Shown here in pieces: positions 39,108 through 52,273 of a stretch of DNA of 64,000 bases (its first letter is position 1; each line of letters starts with the position of its first letter). Below the pieces are notes generated by a model. The model was not told the origin of the DNA. It searched no databases and worked only from the letters and a program-made list of their open reading frames with translations. The stretch comes from Mobula hypostoma (taxonomy: Eukaryota). The stretch covers positions 1,736,001-1,800,000 of the forward strand of contig NC_086108.1 of assembly GCF_963921235.1 (NCBI RefSeq), written 5' to 3'. A program made the position numbers and the translations under genes.

Positions 39108-42045
39108 TTTTTATCCATCTTGCTTCTGTGTCTGTGACACTGATTTCAACTTTGTAGTGTGACTGCAATATAATTTTCAGAATTCCTTACTAAGTTTCTG
39201 TTACTATTTTATTTGCTTGTGAATTGATTCCTCAGGTTAATCTTATAGCTCTTCTTAAATGATCATGAACCATAATATAGAGAGTCAAGCTTTGCAGATG
39301 TAGAATATATGCAAGGTAAAAATATTGCTGCAAAGATTTCCCAACAAAAACAAAAACCCTGTAGATCAGATGTGTCATGGAGTTGTTGTGTCTGTTCTGA
39401 TTAAAAGAAAACCTCTTCTGCATGCAGTGAAGTTTGCTTTCTGGTAAGATGGTGGCGTGTTCAGTCACAAGGCTTCTACCTTCGCCCTGGAGTAATGCTG
39501 TTGAGTTTGGCTGTATTCATGTATGGCTGAATGACAATTAAACTTGAACTGAAGTGATTAACTTGGTCCATCTATCCCATATATACTCTGTTCACACCCC
39601 TGTGGGGTGACACAAGGCAGTGGGAGATGTGAGCGTAGAGATAGACTTGTTGTATCTGGGATGTGGTTTTTGCCAAATGACCAACACATATTTCATTAGA
39701 ATAAAAGATTTATTTACAAAAATTGTAGAAAAATCAGTACAAATAAATTCCATTGAGTATGGATGTGTACATTCTCCCTTCCCCACCTAAATACAACATA
39801 CAATAGTCTGGGCTATTATAGCAGGGCAGGTGTTCCCTACCTGGGGCCCCCACAGATCCCTTGGTTAATGGTAGGGGTCCACAGCATAAACCCCAGTAGT
39901 AGGGGCAGATTGATATTTCTTAATCGTCCACATGCACTCCCGATGGTGGAATCAATATAGATATAAGAATACTCCCTTGAACACTGGGCTGAGTCCAATA
40001 CTGGAAGAACTCCTACCTCAGGTAGACTGCACAATTGTATCACACTGCATATACTTCACATATCTCTGTAGTAGACTCACTCCACTCATGGTCGTCTTGT
40101 TCTGCTTAAAGGTGCAATAAAGAGTTTGACAAGGAAAATGAATACTACTGATATAAATATTCAGTAGGCAAGTCTAACTGCAAACAATTAACTCTGCTTT
40201 AAGTGGCTAGTCACAACAATCTTGCTCTCTGAGACATCAGAAAAATTGATGCTATTAATTCTGAGTGTTGAGAGTCACAACATGAAGGTTGGAGAGCCTC
40301 AAGATTCAGATTACTGGGTCCACAAATCCAATGAGATAGATGTACCCTTTCCAAAATAGGAGTTTTTGGTGATCAACTCTTCTGAAATACTATGTGGTAC
40401 TATACAGACAGGAGAACCACAAGTAGTTTACAGCATTAGATGTTCACCAATCTGGACATTAGCTCAAGACCAACCAGTTTGTGCAAGATGAACTTATTTG
40501 AAGCTGGACACCACACAAGCTTGGATGGTTTCTTAAGATCTAAGTTTGGCAAAAGGTTCTTTGAGTTAATCAGGAGCAAAAAGCTAGGCTTGTGTGGAAT
40601 GTTAGATACTGGTACATTCACCAGAAACGTTGAGTGGAAATCTTACACCTTACGACTTTACGGGACGCCTGGGGTTCACTCACATCTGGCCTGGCCACCT
40701 TAGGTTAAACTCAGGCAGGCCAAAATTAAACTTTACAGATCATCCCATGAGTTGGCACTGATCAGCCATCATCGCGTTCATCACAAAATTCATTAAAGGA
40801 ATATTTAAACCAGAGAGTGAAATTATGCCTTTGGCATAATTCATCCAGATTTGAAGCCAGCATCAGGAGATGTGTTCCTGACCAGTAAAACAAGGTTGCA
40901 GTTGACGACAGGAAAGTTAAAATGGAATGGGTAATAAGTAAGCCAAAGTTGCTGGAGTGGGAAAACAGGGTGGAATGAGTGCAGATTTCATCTTGGAGAA
41001 TGAGGGGATCTTCAGAATGGGAGAATGATGAATTGAACTTCCTGATAGATTGCATGGGAACAGGTAGATGATGTAAACGGATTCCCAACTTGGGGTTCAT
41101 GTTTAATGGTATTGGTCCATGGCATAAAAAGGTTAGGAAACCCTGAAAGGCACATTAGAATTATTTATTCTTTGCCCTGTGTACTGTGTTCCAATGTAGG
41201 TATCCCAAGTATTTTACAATATTACATGCTCACCAATCTAGACAAGAGTAATATTACCTCAAAATAGACCTGTTAAAGCCAACTGAGCTCATTTGAAATC
41301 AAGCTGGACACCACACAAGCTTGAAAGTCTTCTTAAATCTAAGTTTGTCAAAAGGTTCTTGGAGTTAATCAGGAGCAAACTTAGCTGGACTAGTATGGAA
41401 TGGTAGATACTGGTACTTTAATCAGAAACATTGAGTGGAGACTGTACATCTACCTTGGGGTTCACTCTTCCCCCATCAGGAGTACTGCCTTCTTCCCAGT
41501 AACGTTCAAACATCTTTGCTTATTTAATATGGTCTGTATTCCGACAATTCCTATTGGAATAACACGTAGACACAGCAGAAAGGGAATGAGCACTCATGAT
41601 GCAAATCTGGGGAAACACTAGATAAGTTTGAAACAAACACAATCGCCCTGTGGATTCAACTTCCCAAGCTACGAGTCATTAAGGTGTTTGACACTATTTA
41701 TTCTTACTCTAGTTAGTGACTGTGCTATCCAGGTGGAATTGTAGCCAATAATTGTTGGGTAATAATTTGTTCAATAGAGAAATAAAAATACTCAGCGGCA
41801 ACACACAGCACTCAAATGATTTCCAATGTGTACTCTTTTCCCCATTTTTATACAATTCTATTTACAATAAACCAACAGATATACAGTTCTGGAAAATGAA
41901 GTTCTTGTCGCTTCACAATATGTCCTGGATCAGGCAGCTGCTGTGTGAAGGTCGTTGTCCCATTTCCCACCCCCAGTCTCACGCAGTACCCCTGCCCTTG
42001 GTGCATTTCTCATACAGGATCTGTCCAAAGGGTCCGGGACCCACC

Positions 42046-42140
42046 TCACTCAGTCCGTGCTCCCAGTTTCTTCATGTACTCCTGCAAAGCGTTCAGCCTG
42101 GCATCGATTTCGGAAAGGTCGCAGGAGTCCAGGTAGTTTT
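42046..42140 (-). CDS. CCDC61: CCDC61 terminal coding exon (to stop TGA)
   Basis: Acceptor atttcttcacag|. Encodes (E)NYLDSCDLSEIDARLNALQEYMKKLGARTE*, matching the conserved CCDC61 C-terminus (DMAEIDARLKALQEYM). Candidate AATAAA on the - strand at 41702-41697. Upstream exons are not seen and are probably beyond 64000. Confidence 0.9.
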
Positions 42141-42279
42141 CTGTGAAGAAATGTCTGTGAGAACCGGGACTTTTTTCCCCCTAACCTTTTTTATACCAGG
42201 GACCCCTACTGTTAACTGAGGGGTCTGTAAACTCCAGGTTGGGAACCCTGATTTAGATGATTAGAACCAAAACTCAGTA

Positions 42280-45200
42280 TCAGGTTTAAATCACTGGCAT
42301 ATGTTGTGAAATTTGTTGCTTTGCAGCAGCAGTACATTGCAATACAGAATATTTTTTAAAAATGTGTGTGTGTATAGCAAAACTAAGGCTGAAAAAAGTG
42401 AAGTAGTGTCCCTGGTTTTATTGTCCACTCAGAAATCTGATGGCAGAGGGGAAGAAGCTGTTCCTGAATCGTTGAGTGTGTGTCTTCAGGCTCCTGTACC
42501 TCCTCCTCGATGGTAGCAATGAGAAGAGGGCATGCCCTGGCTGATGGGCGTCCTTAATGGGGGATACCACCTTTAGAAGATGTCCTCGATGCTGAGGAGT
42601 CTAGTGTCCATGATGAAGCTGACTGAGTTTGTAACTTTCTGATCCTGTGCACTGGCTCGTCCATACCAGACGGTGATGGAACCAGTTTGAACGCTCTCCA
42701 CGATACACGTGTAGAAGTTTGCAAGTCTTTGGTGACATACCAAGTCCCGTCATACTCCTGATGAAATATAGCTGCTGCAGTGCCTTCTTTGTAATTGCAT
42801 CGATTATGTTTGACCCAGGATAGGTCTACAGGGCGTTGAAACTGCTCGCCCTTTCCACTGCTGATCCCTCTGGTATGTGTTCCCTCTACTTCCCCTACCA
42901 AAAGTCCACGATTAATTCCTTGGTCTTACTGACATTGTTGCAACACCACTCAACCAGCTGATCTATCTCGCTCCTGTACAGCACCTCATCACCATCTGAA
43001 ATTCTGCCAGCAATAGTTGTCATCAGCAAATTTGTAGATGGTGTTTTGAGCTGTGCCTAGCCACATGTGGGCGTTGAGAGAGCAGACCAGTGGACTAAGC
43101 ATGTATACCTGAGGTGCGCCGATGTGATTGTCAGTGAGGAGATGGTATTTCCAATCTACACTGTGGTCTCGTAGTGAGGAAGTCAAGTACATAGTTGCAC
43201 AGGGAGGTACAGAGGCCCAGGTTTTGGAGCTTGTTGGTTAGAACTGAAGGTATGATTGTGTTGAACACCAAGCTGTAATCAATAAACAACAGCTTGATGT
43301 AGGTTTTGCAGTTGTCCAGACGACCCAAGGCTGACTGGAGTCAGGGAGATTGATTGCATCTGCTCTGGCAATAACATTGTATATCAGCGAGTTGTTTGTT
43401 ATGTCTCCCCTCTCATCTCCTTTTTCCCTTATAAGGGAGAGAGCACGCTTGTGCTATGTCAAATTACCAGGTGAATGAGTAGTCTTCGGGGAGTCTGTGT
43501 CTTTATTGATGCTTGCTGCACACTTAGGTGCTCGTTGGGGGCGGGTGCCATTGCTTTTTCTGCCGGTGCTGGGGGGGGGGGGCATCGTTACTTTGCTGCT
43601 GCTTATGCTTGGGAGGGAGGAGCTGGGGGGGCTTTGGGGTTCTAACATTTAACTGTCATTCATTCTTCATGCACTCCTGTTTTTGTGGATGGTTGCAAAG
43701 AAAAAGAATTTAGGATGTATATTGTATACATTTTTCTGACATTAAATGTACCTTTAAAACCTTTGAAATTGCAGTGAGTCCAGGTCCTTGCTTTGCCAGG
43801 AGTTGATTCTGGCCATGACCAACCTCTCTCAGTTCATCACAGTAGATGTGAGTGCAACTGGGCAATAGTCATTCAGGCAGCTTCCCCTGCTCTCTTTGGG
43901 CACTGATGATTGTCGCCTTTTTGAAGCAGGTGTGAACCTCTGACTGTAGCAGTCAGGTCCCTGAACTCTCCTGCCAGCTGGTTGGCACGGGTTTTCAGTG
44001 CCCTGCAGCAGTCAGGTCCCTGAACTCTCCGGCCAGCTGGTTGGCACGGGTTTTCAGTGCCCTGCAGCAGTCAGGTCCCTGAACTCTCCGGCCAGCTGGT
44101 TGGCACGGGTTTTCAGTGCCCTGCAGCAGTCAGGTCCCTGAACTCTCCGGCCAGCTGGTTGGCACGGGTTTTCAGTGCCCTGCAGCAGTCAGGTCCCTGA
44201 ACTCTCCGGCCAGCTGGTTGGCACGGGTTTTCAGTGCCCTGCAGCAGTCAGGTCCCTGAACTCTCCGGCCAGCTGGTTGGCACGGGTTTTCAGTGCCCTG
44301 CAGCAGTCAGGTCCCTGAACTCTCCGGCCAGCTGGTTGGCACGGGTTTTCAGTGCCCTGCAGCAGTCAGGTCCCTGAACTCTCCGGCCAGCTGGTTGGCA
44401 CGGGTTTTCAGTGCCCTGCAGCAGTCAGGTCCCTGAACTCTCCGGCCAGCTGGTTGGCACGGGTTTTCAGTGCCCTGCAGCAGTCAGGTCCCTGAACTCT
44501 CCGGCCAGCTGGTTGGCACGGGTTTTCAGTGCCCTGCAGCAGTCAGGTCCCTGAACTCTCCGGCCAGCTGGTTGGCACGGGTTTTCAGTGCCCTGCAGCA
44601 GTCAGGTCCCTGAACTCTCCGGCCAGCTGGTTGGCACGGGTTTTCAGTGCCCTGCAGCAGTCAGGTCCCTGAACTCTCCGGCCAGCTGGTTGGCACGGGT
44701 TTTCAGTGCCCTGCAGCAGTCAGGTCCCTGAACTCTCCGGCCAGCTGGTTGGCACGGGTTTTCAGTGCCCTGCAGCAGTCAGGTCCCTGAACTCTCCGGC
44801 CAGCTGGTTGGCACAGGTTTTCAGTGCCCTGCAGCAGTCAGGTCCCTGAACTCTCCCGCCAGCTGGTTGGCACAGGTTTTCAGTGCCCTGCAGCAGTCAG
44901 GTCCCTGAACTCTCCCGCCAGCTGGTTGGCACAGGTTTTCAGTGCCCTGCAGCAGTCAGGTCCCTGAACTCTCCCGCCAGCTGGTTGGCACAGGTTTTCA
45001 GTGCCCTGCAGCAGTCAGGTCCTTCAGCTCTCTGGCCAGCTGGTTGGCAGAGGTTTTCAGTGCCCCGCCCATCAGGGCCTGACACCTTGATGTTTTGACG
45101 TCGACCTCTGAGGCAGAGATCACAGGGTCACCAGATGCTGCAGGCATTCACACAGGTGTAGTTTTATTTTCCCTCAGTAGACTATATGAATCTCCTGGTT

Positions 45201-45660
45201 CATCCATGGCTTTTGGTTTGGGTATGTCCAGTATGCTCTCGAAGGCACACAGTTACCCACACAGGTGTTAATGTAGTCACTGACAACTGTGGCGTATTGA
45301 TTCAGATTCAAGGATGAGTCCACGAATATTGTCCAGTTCACCGACTCAAAGCAGTGCTGTAAGCGCTCCTCTGCCTCCCTTGACTGTATTTTCTTGGTCT
45401 TCACCACTGGTACTGCAGCCTTTGGTCTCTGCCTGTACGCCAGGAGTACAAGTACAGGCAGGTGATCAGACTTTTCAAGTGTGGGCGTAGGATGGCACAG
45501 TAAGCATTCTTGATGGTGGTATTACAGTCGTTGAGTGTGTTGGCTCCTCTGGTTCCACAAATGATTTGTTGGTAGTGGTTGTTCAGAATTCACGCTAGCC
45601 GGGTTGAAGCCCTCCACAATGATAGGGAAGGCATCTGAGTGCACTGTTTCGTGTTACAGA
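42280..45660 (-). mobile_element. Degenerate Rex1/Babar LINE containing a 59-bp tandem array
   Basis: KFADD, LFIDYS.VFNTI, CFESVNW and PNQKPWMN motifs in - strand ORFs. Confidence 0.75.
43950..45066 (+). repeat. 59-bp tandem repeat, 19 copies, central copies identical
   Basis: Unit cagtcaggtccctgaactctccggccagctggttggcacgggttttcagtgccctgcag; unit starts at 43950, 44009 ... 45012. Confidence 0.97.
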
Positions 45661-46081
45661 TACTCACTTGTTCCGAATTGGATATATTTATCATGGTTAT
45701 GATAACTCACATGATAAGTAAACCCAATTAGTCTCACTCTTGTTTTTGCTTACAGGACTCTTCTCTCTATAATTACCATTGAATCTGCTTCCACTACCTT
45801 GGGCAGCAGTTTCAGATTACCTCTCAGCACTACCGTCAGGAAGGAGGTGAGGAGCCTGAAGATCCACACTCACGTTTTGAGGAACAGCTTCTTCAGATTT
45901 CTAAATGGACAATGAACCCAATGACACGACCTCACTACTTTTTTATTTCTAAAATAAAATAAAGTTAAATAAGGAGTGCAAAAAGGAAAAAAGTACACAC
46001 ACATACTGTCTATAATAAAGTACACACATACACACACATACAGTCTATAATAAAGTACACACACACACAGTATATAAAGTA

Positions 46082-47631
46082 CAGTGCCTATAAAAAGTAT
46101 TCACCCCTCCATGGAAGTTTTCATGTTTTATTGTTTTACAACATAAAATCACAGTGGATTTAATTTGTTTTATTTTGACACTGATCAACAGAAAAAGACT
46201 CATTCATGTCAAAATGAAAACAGATCTGTACAAAGTGATCTAAATTAATTACAAATATAAAACACAAAATGATTGACTGCATAAGTACTCACCCCCTTCA
46301 AGTCAATATTTAGTAGATGCACCCTTGGCAGCAATTACAGCCTTGAGTCTGTGTGGAAAGGTCTCTATCAGCTTTACACATCTGGACATTACAGTTTTTC
46401 CCCTTCTTTAGAAAACTGCTGAAGCTCTGTCAGATTACATGGGATCATGAGTGAACAGCCTTTTTCCAAGTCCAGCCACATATTCTCAATTGAAATGAGG
46501 TCTGGACTTTGCCACTCCAGGGCATTAACTCTGTTGTTTTTAAGCCATTCCTGTGAAGCTTTGGCTTTATTCTTGGGGTCATTCTCCTGCCGGAAAACAA
46601 GTCGCAGTTCTCTTGCAGACTGCATCACATTTTCCTCCAGGATTTCCCAGTATTTCGCTGCATTTATTTCGCCCTCTACCTTCCCAAGCTTTCCAAGTCC
46701 TGCTGCAGCACCACCATGCTTCACGGTAGGGATGGTGTGTTTTTGATGATGTGCGACGTTACCGTTTAGTCTGATGGCCAAAAAGCTCACTTTTAGTTTC
46801 ATCAGACTTTAGAACCTTCTTCCAGCTGACTTCAGAGTCTCCCATAGGCCTTCTGGCAAACTCTAGCCAAGACTTCATATGAGGAGTTTTTTCAAAAGTG
46901 GCTTTCTCATTGCCACTCTCCCATAAAGCTGAGACTGGTGAAGAACCCGGACAACAGTTGTATGCGGAGTCTCTCTCGTCTCAGCCCTGAAGCTTGTAAC
47001 TCCCCCAGAGTTGTCATAGGTCTCTTGGTGGCCTCCCTCACTAGTCCCCTTCTTGGACAGTCACTCAATTTTTGTGGATGGCTACTCTTAGCAGATTTAC
47101 AGCTGAGCCAAGTTCTTTACATTGCTTGATGACTGACTCAAATATACTCCAAGGGATATTCAGTGACTTGGAAATTTTCTTGTATCCATGTCCTTCCCGA
47201 CTTATGCTTTTCAATAACCTTTTGGCGAAGTTACTTGGTGTGTTCTTTTGTCTTGATGGTATAATTTTTGACAGGATATTGACTCACCAGATACAGGTGT
47301 AGTTTTACTGTAATCAATTGAAATACCTTGACTGCACACAGGTCTCCAAAAACAGATCTCCATTTAACTAATTATATGACTTCTAAAATGAATTGGCTGC
47401 ACCAGTGTCATATTAAAGGGAGGTGAATATTTATGCAATCAATTTTTTGTGTTTTATATTTGTAATTAATTTAGATCCCTTCGTAGAGATCTGTTTTTAC
47501 TTTAACACAAGTGTCTTTTTCTGTTGATTAGTTTCAAAAAAGCCAAATTAAATCCACTGTGATTCAATGTGGTAAAACAATAAAATATGAAAACTTCCGG
47601 GGGAGGGGGTGAATACTACTTATAGGCACTC
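46082..47631 (-). mobile_element. Tc1/mariner DNA transposon (IR/DR type), defective transposase
   Basis: TA-flanked TIRs cagtgcctataa...gtattcacccc; inner direct repeats at ~46278 and ~47415; transposase motifs PTVKHGG, QENDPK, SPDLISIENMW. Confidence 0.9.
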
Positions 47632-48178
47632 TATATATAATATGTATCTTATTGTAATTTATGGTATATATTATGTATGTTGCTGACTCAAAACAAATTT
47701 CATCACATACCAGTGAAAATAAACCTGACTCTGAAAACTTTCCTTTGTCATCATCTTCCAATCCCAGACCCCATTGTACCATTGCCTGAACTACTTTCCA
47801 CCCATCAGGAATAATCTTCCCCAGCAATATCTGAGCATTTCTGAAAATCTTGTATGGTCTGTATTCCAACAATTCCTATTGGAATAACCCATAGGACACA
47901 GCGGACAGGGAATATTGCTGAAGAAACTCAACATCTATGGAGGGGAATAAACAGCCAACATTTTGTGCTGAGCCTCTTCAGCTGGATTGCTGATTATACA
48001 GTAGTTAATAGCAACTTCTTTATAAGTTACCCTTCGTCTAGGAATGGGACACAAACCAAAGCTGGCACCTCTCAAATAAATTGAGCGGGAACAAGCTACG
48101 TACCTGCACTACCCGGCAGACCGATATTCTGAGGGTGTGTGAGGTGTGAGTGGTCTCCAGTTTGTACCATGTTCTTAC

Positions 48179-48248
48179 CTTTGTCAGACATCTTGTTTGA
48201 TTTTGTGGGGGTGCTGGCCAAACGCTTCTGCTTGGGCTTCCTCCGAGG
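48179..48248 (-). CDS. CCDC61: CCDC61 penultimate coding exon, 70 nt
   Basis: Acceptor tctgtttcttcag|, donor AAAG|GTAAGA. Encodes PRRKPKQKRLASTPTKSNKMSDK(E), resembling human HQKSLANS. Phase-compatible with both neighbours. Confidence 0.83.
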
Positions 48249-48829
48249 CTGAAGAAACAGAATATAAAGCTGTTCTTATTTCTTGGAAAGCTGCAGCAAA
48301 TGAATCCATTCAGCCCGTCCTACCTTTGCTAGCTCTTTAGTCAAGCTCTTCAGCTAATTCCATATCCTACCCTTTCCTCAAGAGTATGACAAATGTCTCC
48401 TTTTATAAAACTGTCCAAATCACCTATGAAACGCTGCAGTCAAATCCGCTGTACCATACATTGCCAAGCACCTTCTAACTTGTAGTTTAAGAAAAGATGA
48501 AACTAGTAATCATGCTCCCCATAAACCAACACCAAGACTAAGCCTCGATCAACATCACAAAACAAATCATCACACTGCTGCTGCTGGAAGCATAAATGGG
48601 TTGTCACATGTCATACAAGCATCAGTCATTTTGGGAAATCAGGATGTCATGAAAGGTCTTAAAAAAGTGCAAGTCTCTCTTCTGTTTTTTAAATGCACAA
48701 AATGATGGTTAAATGGCGCTGGTGAACCATGGCAACGTTCTGCAGGCTACATACAATACTTTTAAGTATACTACTTTTGAATTACTCTAACTGCAATCTG
48801 CAGCATGTAATTTAAGCAATGTACTTTTA

Positions 48830-49545
48830 AATGTCCCTCAGATTTCTGAGGACTCAGCAGCCTTAACTTTCAAGCAAGCAGGTACCTTGAAGTGGCTGAA
48901 GATTAATCGCCGTGGCCGGAAGCAAGGCAGAGGGGTAGGAATGAGGCTGCCTCTACCCAGCATTTTGTCAGCAAATGTGCAGTCGATGGAGAACAAAACT
49001 GAGGGCCTGAGGGAAAAGTTGTTGTATCCATCACGGGTAAAGCCCTCCCTACCACCGAACACATCTACATGAAATGCAGCCGCACACAGCAACATGCATC
49101 ATAAGGAACCCCCACTACCCAGGGCATGCTCTCTTCTCACTGCTGCCATTGGGAAGAAGGTATAGGAGCGCAGTACTCACAGCAACAGGCTCAGGAACAG
49201 TGATCACCCCTGAACCATCAAGCTCTCGAACCAGAGGGGACTTAACTCCATTTCACTTGCCCCATCGTTGAAATGTTCCCACAACCCATGAACTCACTTT
49301 CAAGGTCTCTTCATTTCGTGTTCTTAATATTTATTGCTATTTATTTACTATTATTTCTCTCATTCTGTATTTGCACAGTTCATTTTCTTTTGCACACCGG
49401 TTGATCTCCCAAGTTGATATGGTCTTTCATTGATTCTAGTATGGTTATTATTCTACTAAGGACTTATTGAGTGGCCTGCAAGAAAATTAATCTCATGGTT
49501 GGATATGGTGACACATATGTACTTTGATAATAAATTTACTTTAAA
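48830..49545 (+). mobile_element. Internally deleted Rex1-like element
   Basis: 5' LPSILSANVQSMENK (EN start) joined to 3' HYPGHALFSLLPLGRRYRS and the 3'UTR. Confidence 0.6.
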
Positions 49546-49879
49546 CAGCCGTAAAAACTTAAAATACTTATTAAGCATTGTTTGGAGGAGCTTTCCATCA
49601 CACAGAAATTCCTCAATGCTCACACTACATAGAGCAATAGACGACAGACCTTTCGGCCTGCCCAACCATATTTGCACTGACCACAAAGCCAACCCAAACT
49701 AATCCCATTTTGAGAAGGAATATAGAGAGAATGATCAACACTGTAATCAGAGGACAAGCCTTAAACCAATCGAGGTCAGCAGTGTGAGGGAATTCCCGTG
49801 TATTGCACAGACGGAGGCTCTGGAAGCACTCTAGCTGCTCAGCACCATCCAGGACAAATCATTTGGCTTGTCTAAAACA

Positions 49880-50375
49880 ACACACACAAAATGCTGGAGG
49901 TACTCAGCAGGTCAGGCATCATCTATGGAAGGCTGAGACCCTTCTTCAGGACTGGAAAGGAAGGGGGAAGACATCAGAATAAGAAGTTGGGGGAGGGGAA
50001 GGAGGCTGGCTAGAAGGTGATAAGTGCAGCCAGTTGGGTAGGAAAGGTCAAAGGCTGGAGAAGATGGAGAACAGAGTGGACAATAGCAGGAGGACAGGAT
50101 CCAGGGGAAATGATAGGCAGTTGAGAAGATGTAAAAGGTCTAAGTGGGGAATAGAGGAACGGCGGCGGGGGGGGGGGGGGTAGGGTGGGAATTAGTTTAC
50201 CGGAAGGAGAAATTAATATTTATGGAGGAGACCCAGAGGAAATTAAGGTGTTGCTCCTCCACCCCGAGGGTGGCTTCATCTTGGCACAAGAGGAGGTCGT
50301 GGACCAACGTGTCGGAACAACAGGAATGGGAATTGGAATTGTAATGTTTGAGCACCAGGAAGTCCTGCTTGGTGG
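49880..50375 (-). mobile_element. Penelope-like element 3' fragment, degenerate
   Basis: QDEATLGVEEQHL GIY-YIG C-terminal motif plus terminal repeat. Confidence 0.6.
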
Positions 50376-50813
50376 CAAATGGTAACTGCCTATTTGAAGT
50401 GTCTGAACACTGACTCCTTCCACTCTCATTCTGCCTAGGCCGCTGTGTCTTCAAATTCAAGTACCCTACAGCAGACCAGCCAATAACCCTTCCCAAGCTC
50501 ACAGCCTCTGAGGAAGGACTTCCGAATATTTACAGGTTTCCCTCGTATTCCACAAACCAGCTTGGCTTGGAAATGTGTTGCCATTCCCGCATCATTGCAG
50601 GGTCCCATTCCCAGAACTCTTCATCCCAACAATGTGGGAGCATCTTTACAAAGGCATCAGCAGTTAAGAGAAGCAACTTACCATCACTACCACTGTCACA
50701 GAGACAATTAGGAGCTTGTAATATTTACGGGATGCAGGCATCACTGATATGAGTACAGTAGAACTCGGCACAAAGAACATTAGTGGTGAGGCTTATGTTT
50801 TCCGGGGACTTAC

Positions 50814-50868
50814 CAAGTTGGGACTGGTCCAGGAAGCTGATGCCAGTGGTTTTCTGACTCTTTGCAAT
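50814..50868 (-). CDS. CCDC61: CCDC61 internal coding exon, 55 nt
   Basis: Acceptor ctctcttccaacag|, donor TTG|GTAAGT. Encodes (R)LQRVRKPLASASWTSPNL. Phase 2 in and phase 0 out fits both neighbouring exons; resembles human RRRGKPPSPTPWSGSNM. Confidence 0.8.
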
Positions 50869-51612
50869 CTGTTGGAAGAGAGGGAAAGGAAGAAGCTGTA
50901 ATACAGGCTACATCAGAATTACCCGCAGTCAGCATCATTACTCAGAAACTAAGGAGATTCTGCAGATGCTGGAAATCCACAGTAACACACAAACATGCTA
51001 GAGGAACTCAGCAGGTCAGGCAGCATCTATGGCGCGGAATAAAGAGTCGATGTTTTGGGCCGAGACCCTTCATCGTCATTTCTAAGCAAGTTTCTGAATC
51101 AGTAAGGAAGTGACACAGCAGGCACCTTGGGCCTAAGCCACCATGTGAATCGGACAAAGCTTAATATGAGGCCCCTACAGCTGAGCAGGTTACTTGGCCC
51201 ATCAAACTCTTTAAAAAACGAACTATAAACTAAAACAGAGAACAGTACAGGCCTCTTGGTCCATAATGTTATGCCAACCTTTAAAACCCACTCCAAGATC
51301 AGTCCACGGGTTCCCAACCTTTATCATGCCATGGACCAATACCATTAAGCAAGGGATCCATGGACCCCAGGTTAGGAATCCAGATTCCCTCCCTCATAGC
51401 CCTCCATTCTTTCTTTCATCCTTGTGCCTATCTATGAGTCTCTCAAACACCACACTCTGTAAAATATCTACCACTATCTTTTCAGTTTGAAACTAATTTC
51501 AGCCCTCGTTTTTTCAATTCTGATGCTAAAACTTTGAATTGAAGTGTTAAGCAACACACATCAAAGTTGCTGGTGAACGCAGCAGGCCAGGCAGCATCTC
51601 TAGGAAGAGGTA

Positions 51613-51650
51613 CAGTCGACGTTTCAGGCCGAGACCCTTCGTCAGGACTA
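51613..51650 (-). ncRNA. Minimal type-I hammerhead ribozyme motif (inverted identical copy)
   Basis: Exact reverse complement of 52236-52273. Confidence 0.7.
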
Positions 51651-51905
51651 ACTGCAGGAAGAGCTAGTAAGAGATTTGAAAGTTGGAGGGGGAGGGGGAG
51701 ATCCAAAATGATAGGAGAAGACGGCAGGGGGAGGGGTGGAACCAAGAGCTGGACAGGTGATTGGCAAAGAGGATATGAGAGGATCATGGGACAGGAGGCC
51801 CAAGGAGAAAGAAAAGTGGGGGGGGGGGAGCCCAGAGGATGGGCAAGGGGTATAGTCAGAGGGACAGAGGGAGAAAAAGGAGAGAGAGAAAAAGATGTGT
51901 GCAAA

Positions 51906-51944
<39 letters not shown>

Positions 51945-52235
51945 ATAGATAAATAAATAAATAACGGATTGGGTACGAGGGGGAGGTGGGGCATTAGCAG
52001 AAGTTAGAGAAGTCAATGTTCATGCCATCAGGTTGGAGGCTACCCAGACGGAATATAAGGTGTCATGCCACCAGGTTTCTCCCTGGGCCTCCTGTCCCAT
52101 GATCCTCTCGTATCCTTTTTGCCAATCACCTGTCCAGCTCTTGGCTCCATCCCTCCCCCTCCTGTCTTCTCCTATCATTCTGGATCTCCCCCTCCCCCTC
52201 CAACTTTCAAATCTCTTACTAACTCTTCCTTCAGT

Positions 52236-52273
52236 TAGTCCTGACGAAGGGTCTCGGCCTGAAACGTCGACTG
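52236..52273 (+). ncRNA. Minimal type-I hammerhead ribozyme motif
   Basis: TAGTC-CTGACGA-AGG(gtctcgg)CCT-GAAAC-GTC-GACTG: complete CUGANGA/GAAA core, stems I and II, GUC cleavage triplet. Confidence 0.7.

Noticed and set aside
43950..45066. Possible CRISPR-like array
   Set aside because: Head-to-tail identical units with no unique spacers, eukaryotic context, and derived from LINE sequence.
50400..51180. Alternative candidate CCDC61 exons at ~50465 and ~51175
   Set aside because: In-frame stop or weak donor and no homology; 50868-50814 fits phase, splice consensus and sequence.
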